DNA of 28,214 nucleotides from the IMG/VR virus record IMGVR_UViG_3300046028_008305, positions 1 to 28,214 of that record. The stretch is one strand, 5' to 3'. Below the pieces are notes generated by a model that did no database searches, was not told where the DNA came from, and saw nothing but the letters and a program-made list of their open reading frames with translations. Within the stretch, counting starts at the first letter, position 1, and each line of letters begins with the position of its first letter. This DNA is from a virus. Its lineage: Duplodnaviria > Caudoviricetes. The translations under genes and the position numbers were made by a program. Of the stretch, positions 27,222 through 28,214 are shown piece after piece.

Positions 27222-28214
27222 TTAATACCTCACTATAACTATGCCGGATCCGCCGGCGCCGCCGACACCAGCATATTGATAATTATGGCCACCGCCACCG
27301 CCACCGGTATTTGCACCACCATTTCCAGACTCTTGAATACTTACAGCATTACCGCCACTATTTAGAGCCTGTCCACCACCAATGCCATAAAAGCTAGAAC
27401 CAGGACCTCTTGGACCACTGTGATAAAAGTTGGCTCCGCCGCCGCCGCCTATGCCGCCTGCACCGGCTCTCTTACCGTTGCCCAGGTGTGCACCTGCTGC
27501 ACCACCACCGCCCCAGTACAGTATTTCACCTACTATGTCGTTGGCTGCTCCGGGACCGCCATCTGCCCTTAGCCCGTCGTAGGCTCTTTCTTGTCCAGAT
27601 AGTCCTGGACCGCCTGCGCCACCACCGCCACCAGATTGGTGTGTGTTGTCAGTTTCGACATTAAATCGCAAACCTGATCCCCCTGGAAAACCCTGGCCGT
27701 TAGTCCCATATCCGCCTAGATATCGCTGTCTTGAACCTTCACCGTCTCCGTTTGGACCACCACCACCACTGCCGCCATTTTGTCTACTTTGGTCTCCGCT
27801 CCAGCTTCCGCCGGCGCCACCGCCAATGGCAGTTAAGCCGCCCATTACTGAGTTTCCGCCATTATTACCGGCTGCTGGAAAACTTGGTCTAGTTGCGCCA
27901 TCACCTACAGTTATACTTACACCAGTACCATTGGTTACAGGAAATGATCTACTAAAAATCATTCCGCCACCACCACCTCCACCGCCCCAGTGTGAACCAC
28001 CTGAGCCACCGCCTGCTACAATAAGAACTTCTACTGTTCCGGTAAATGTTGGTGTAAATGTATGGGCGCCTGTGGCAGTAAACATATGTGTTATGTAACC
28101 AGAGGTTCTATTGCCGCCTGCACCTACATAACGAATTGTGTTACCGCCTGTGCCTACGGTTCCTTTACTTACTCCTGTTACAGGTCGCCAGCCGTCGTTA
28201 TAAAATTCTAATAA
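27222..28214 (-). CDS. glycine-rich domain virion/fibre-like protein, paralog 3 (5' end outside window)
   Basis: Frame stays open to the window edge: LLEFYNDGWRPVTGVSKGTVGTGG...ITHMFTATGAHTFTP; same GSGIVIVRY end. Confidence 0.8.
   Translation of the reverse strand, partial: LLEFYNDGWRPVTGVSKGTVGTGGNTIRYVGAGGNRTSGYITHMFTATGAHTFTPTFTGTVEVLIVAGGGSGGSHWGGGGGGGGMIFSRSFPVTNGTGVSITVGDGATRPSFPAAGNNGGNSVMGGLTAIGGGAGGSWSGDQSRQNGGSGGGGPNGDGEGSRQRYLGGYGTNGQGFPGGSGLRFNVETDNTHQSGGGGGAGGPGLSGQERAYDGLRADGGPGAANDIVGEILYWGGGGAAGAHLGNGKRAGAGGIGGGGGANFYHSGPRGPGSSFYGIGGGQALNSGGNAVSIQESGNGGANTGGGGGGHNYQYAGVGGAGGSGIVIVRY

Noticed and set aside
25200-28010. (CCA/CCG)n trinucleotide runs as tandem repeats, CRISPR array or DGR template/variable repeats
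   Set aside because: Explained by poly-Gly coding. There is no repeat-spacer periodicity, paralog differences are not adenine-specific, and no reverse transcriptase is in the window.
25492-28098. Pro- or His/Arg-rich small ORFs over the Gly-rich genes
   Set aside because: Alternative-frame or reverse readings of GGN codon runs
1-28214. Stop-codon reassignment as seen in some large phages
   Set aside because: Genes are full length in code 11, and TAA, TAG and TGA all act as stops with tight gene packing
1-28214. tRNA, structured ncRNA, intron or intein
   Set aside because: Intergenic gaps are short (about 100 nt or less) and filled by promoters or terminators; no cloverleaf or splice motifs recognised by eye

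Overview
This window is part of a large T4-like (myovirus, probably jumbo) bacteriophage genome using the standard genetic code. It has three zones. (1) 1-9.8 kb is a virion-assembly module: a truncated tube-like gene, tail tube (gp19-like), an enlarged 1167-aa tail sheath (gp18-like), a Zn-finger HNH protein, dNMP kinase, neck proteins gp13/gp14, an extended gp15 and a degenerate NUDIX-fold gene. (2) About 9.8-25.0 kb is a visibly AT-richer island with a complete groES-groEL operon, a tail-fibre assembly chaperone, eight 2OG-Fe(II)/cupin oxygenases, four tryptophan-halogenase-family flavoenzymes and two related unknown proteins, arranged in alternating-strand units. (3) 25.0-28.2 kb holds three tandem polyglycine-rich, fibre/adhesin-like paralogs, the last truncated by the window edge. 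T4-late-type (TA)TAAATA motifs precede most transcription units, including those of the enzyme island, and many sit exactly 5 nt before an ATG with no Shine-Dalgarno site, suggesting leaderless mRNAs. The best candidate for an undescribed system is a late-expressed enzyme cluster that folds and chemically modifies (hydroxylates or halogenates) the adjacent Gly-rich virion proteins. All family calls come from motif recognition by eye; no searches were run.
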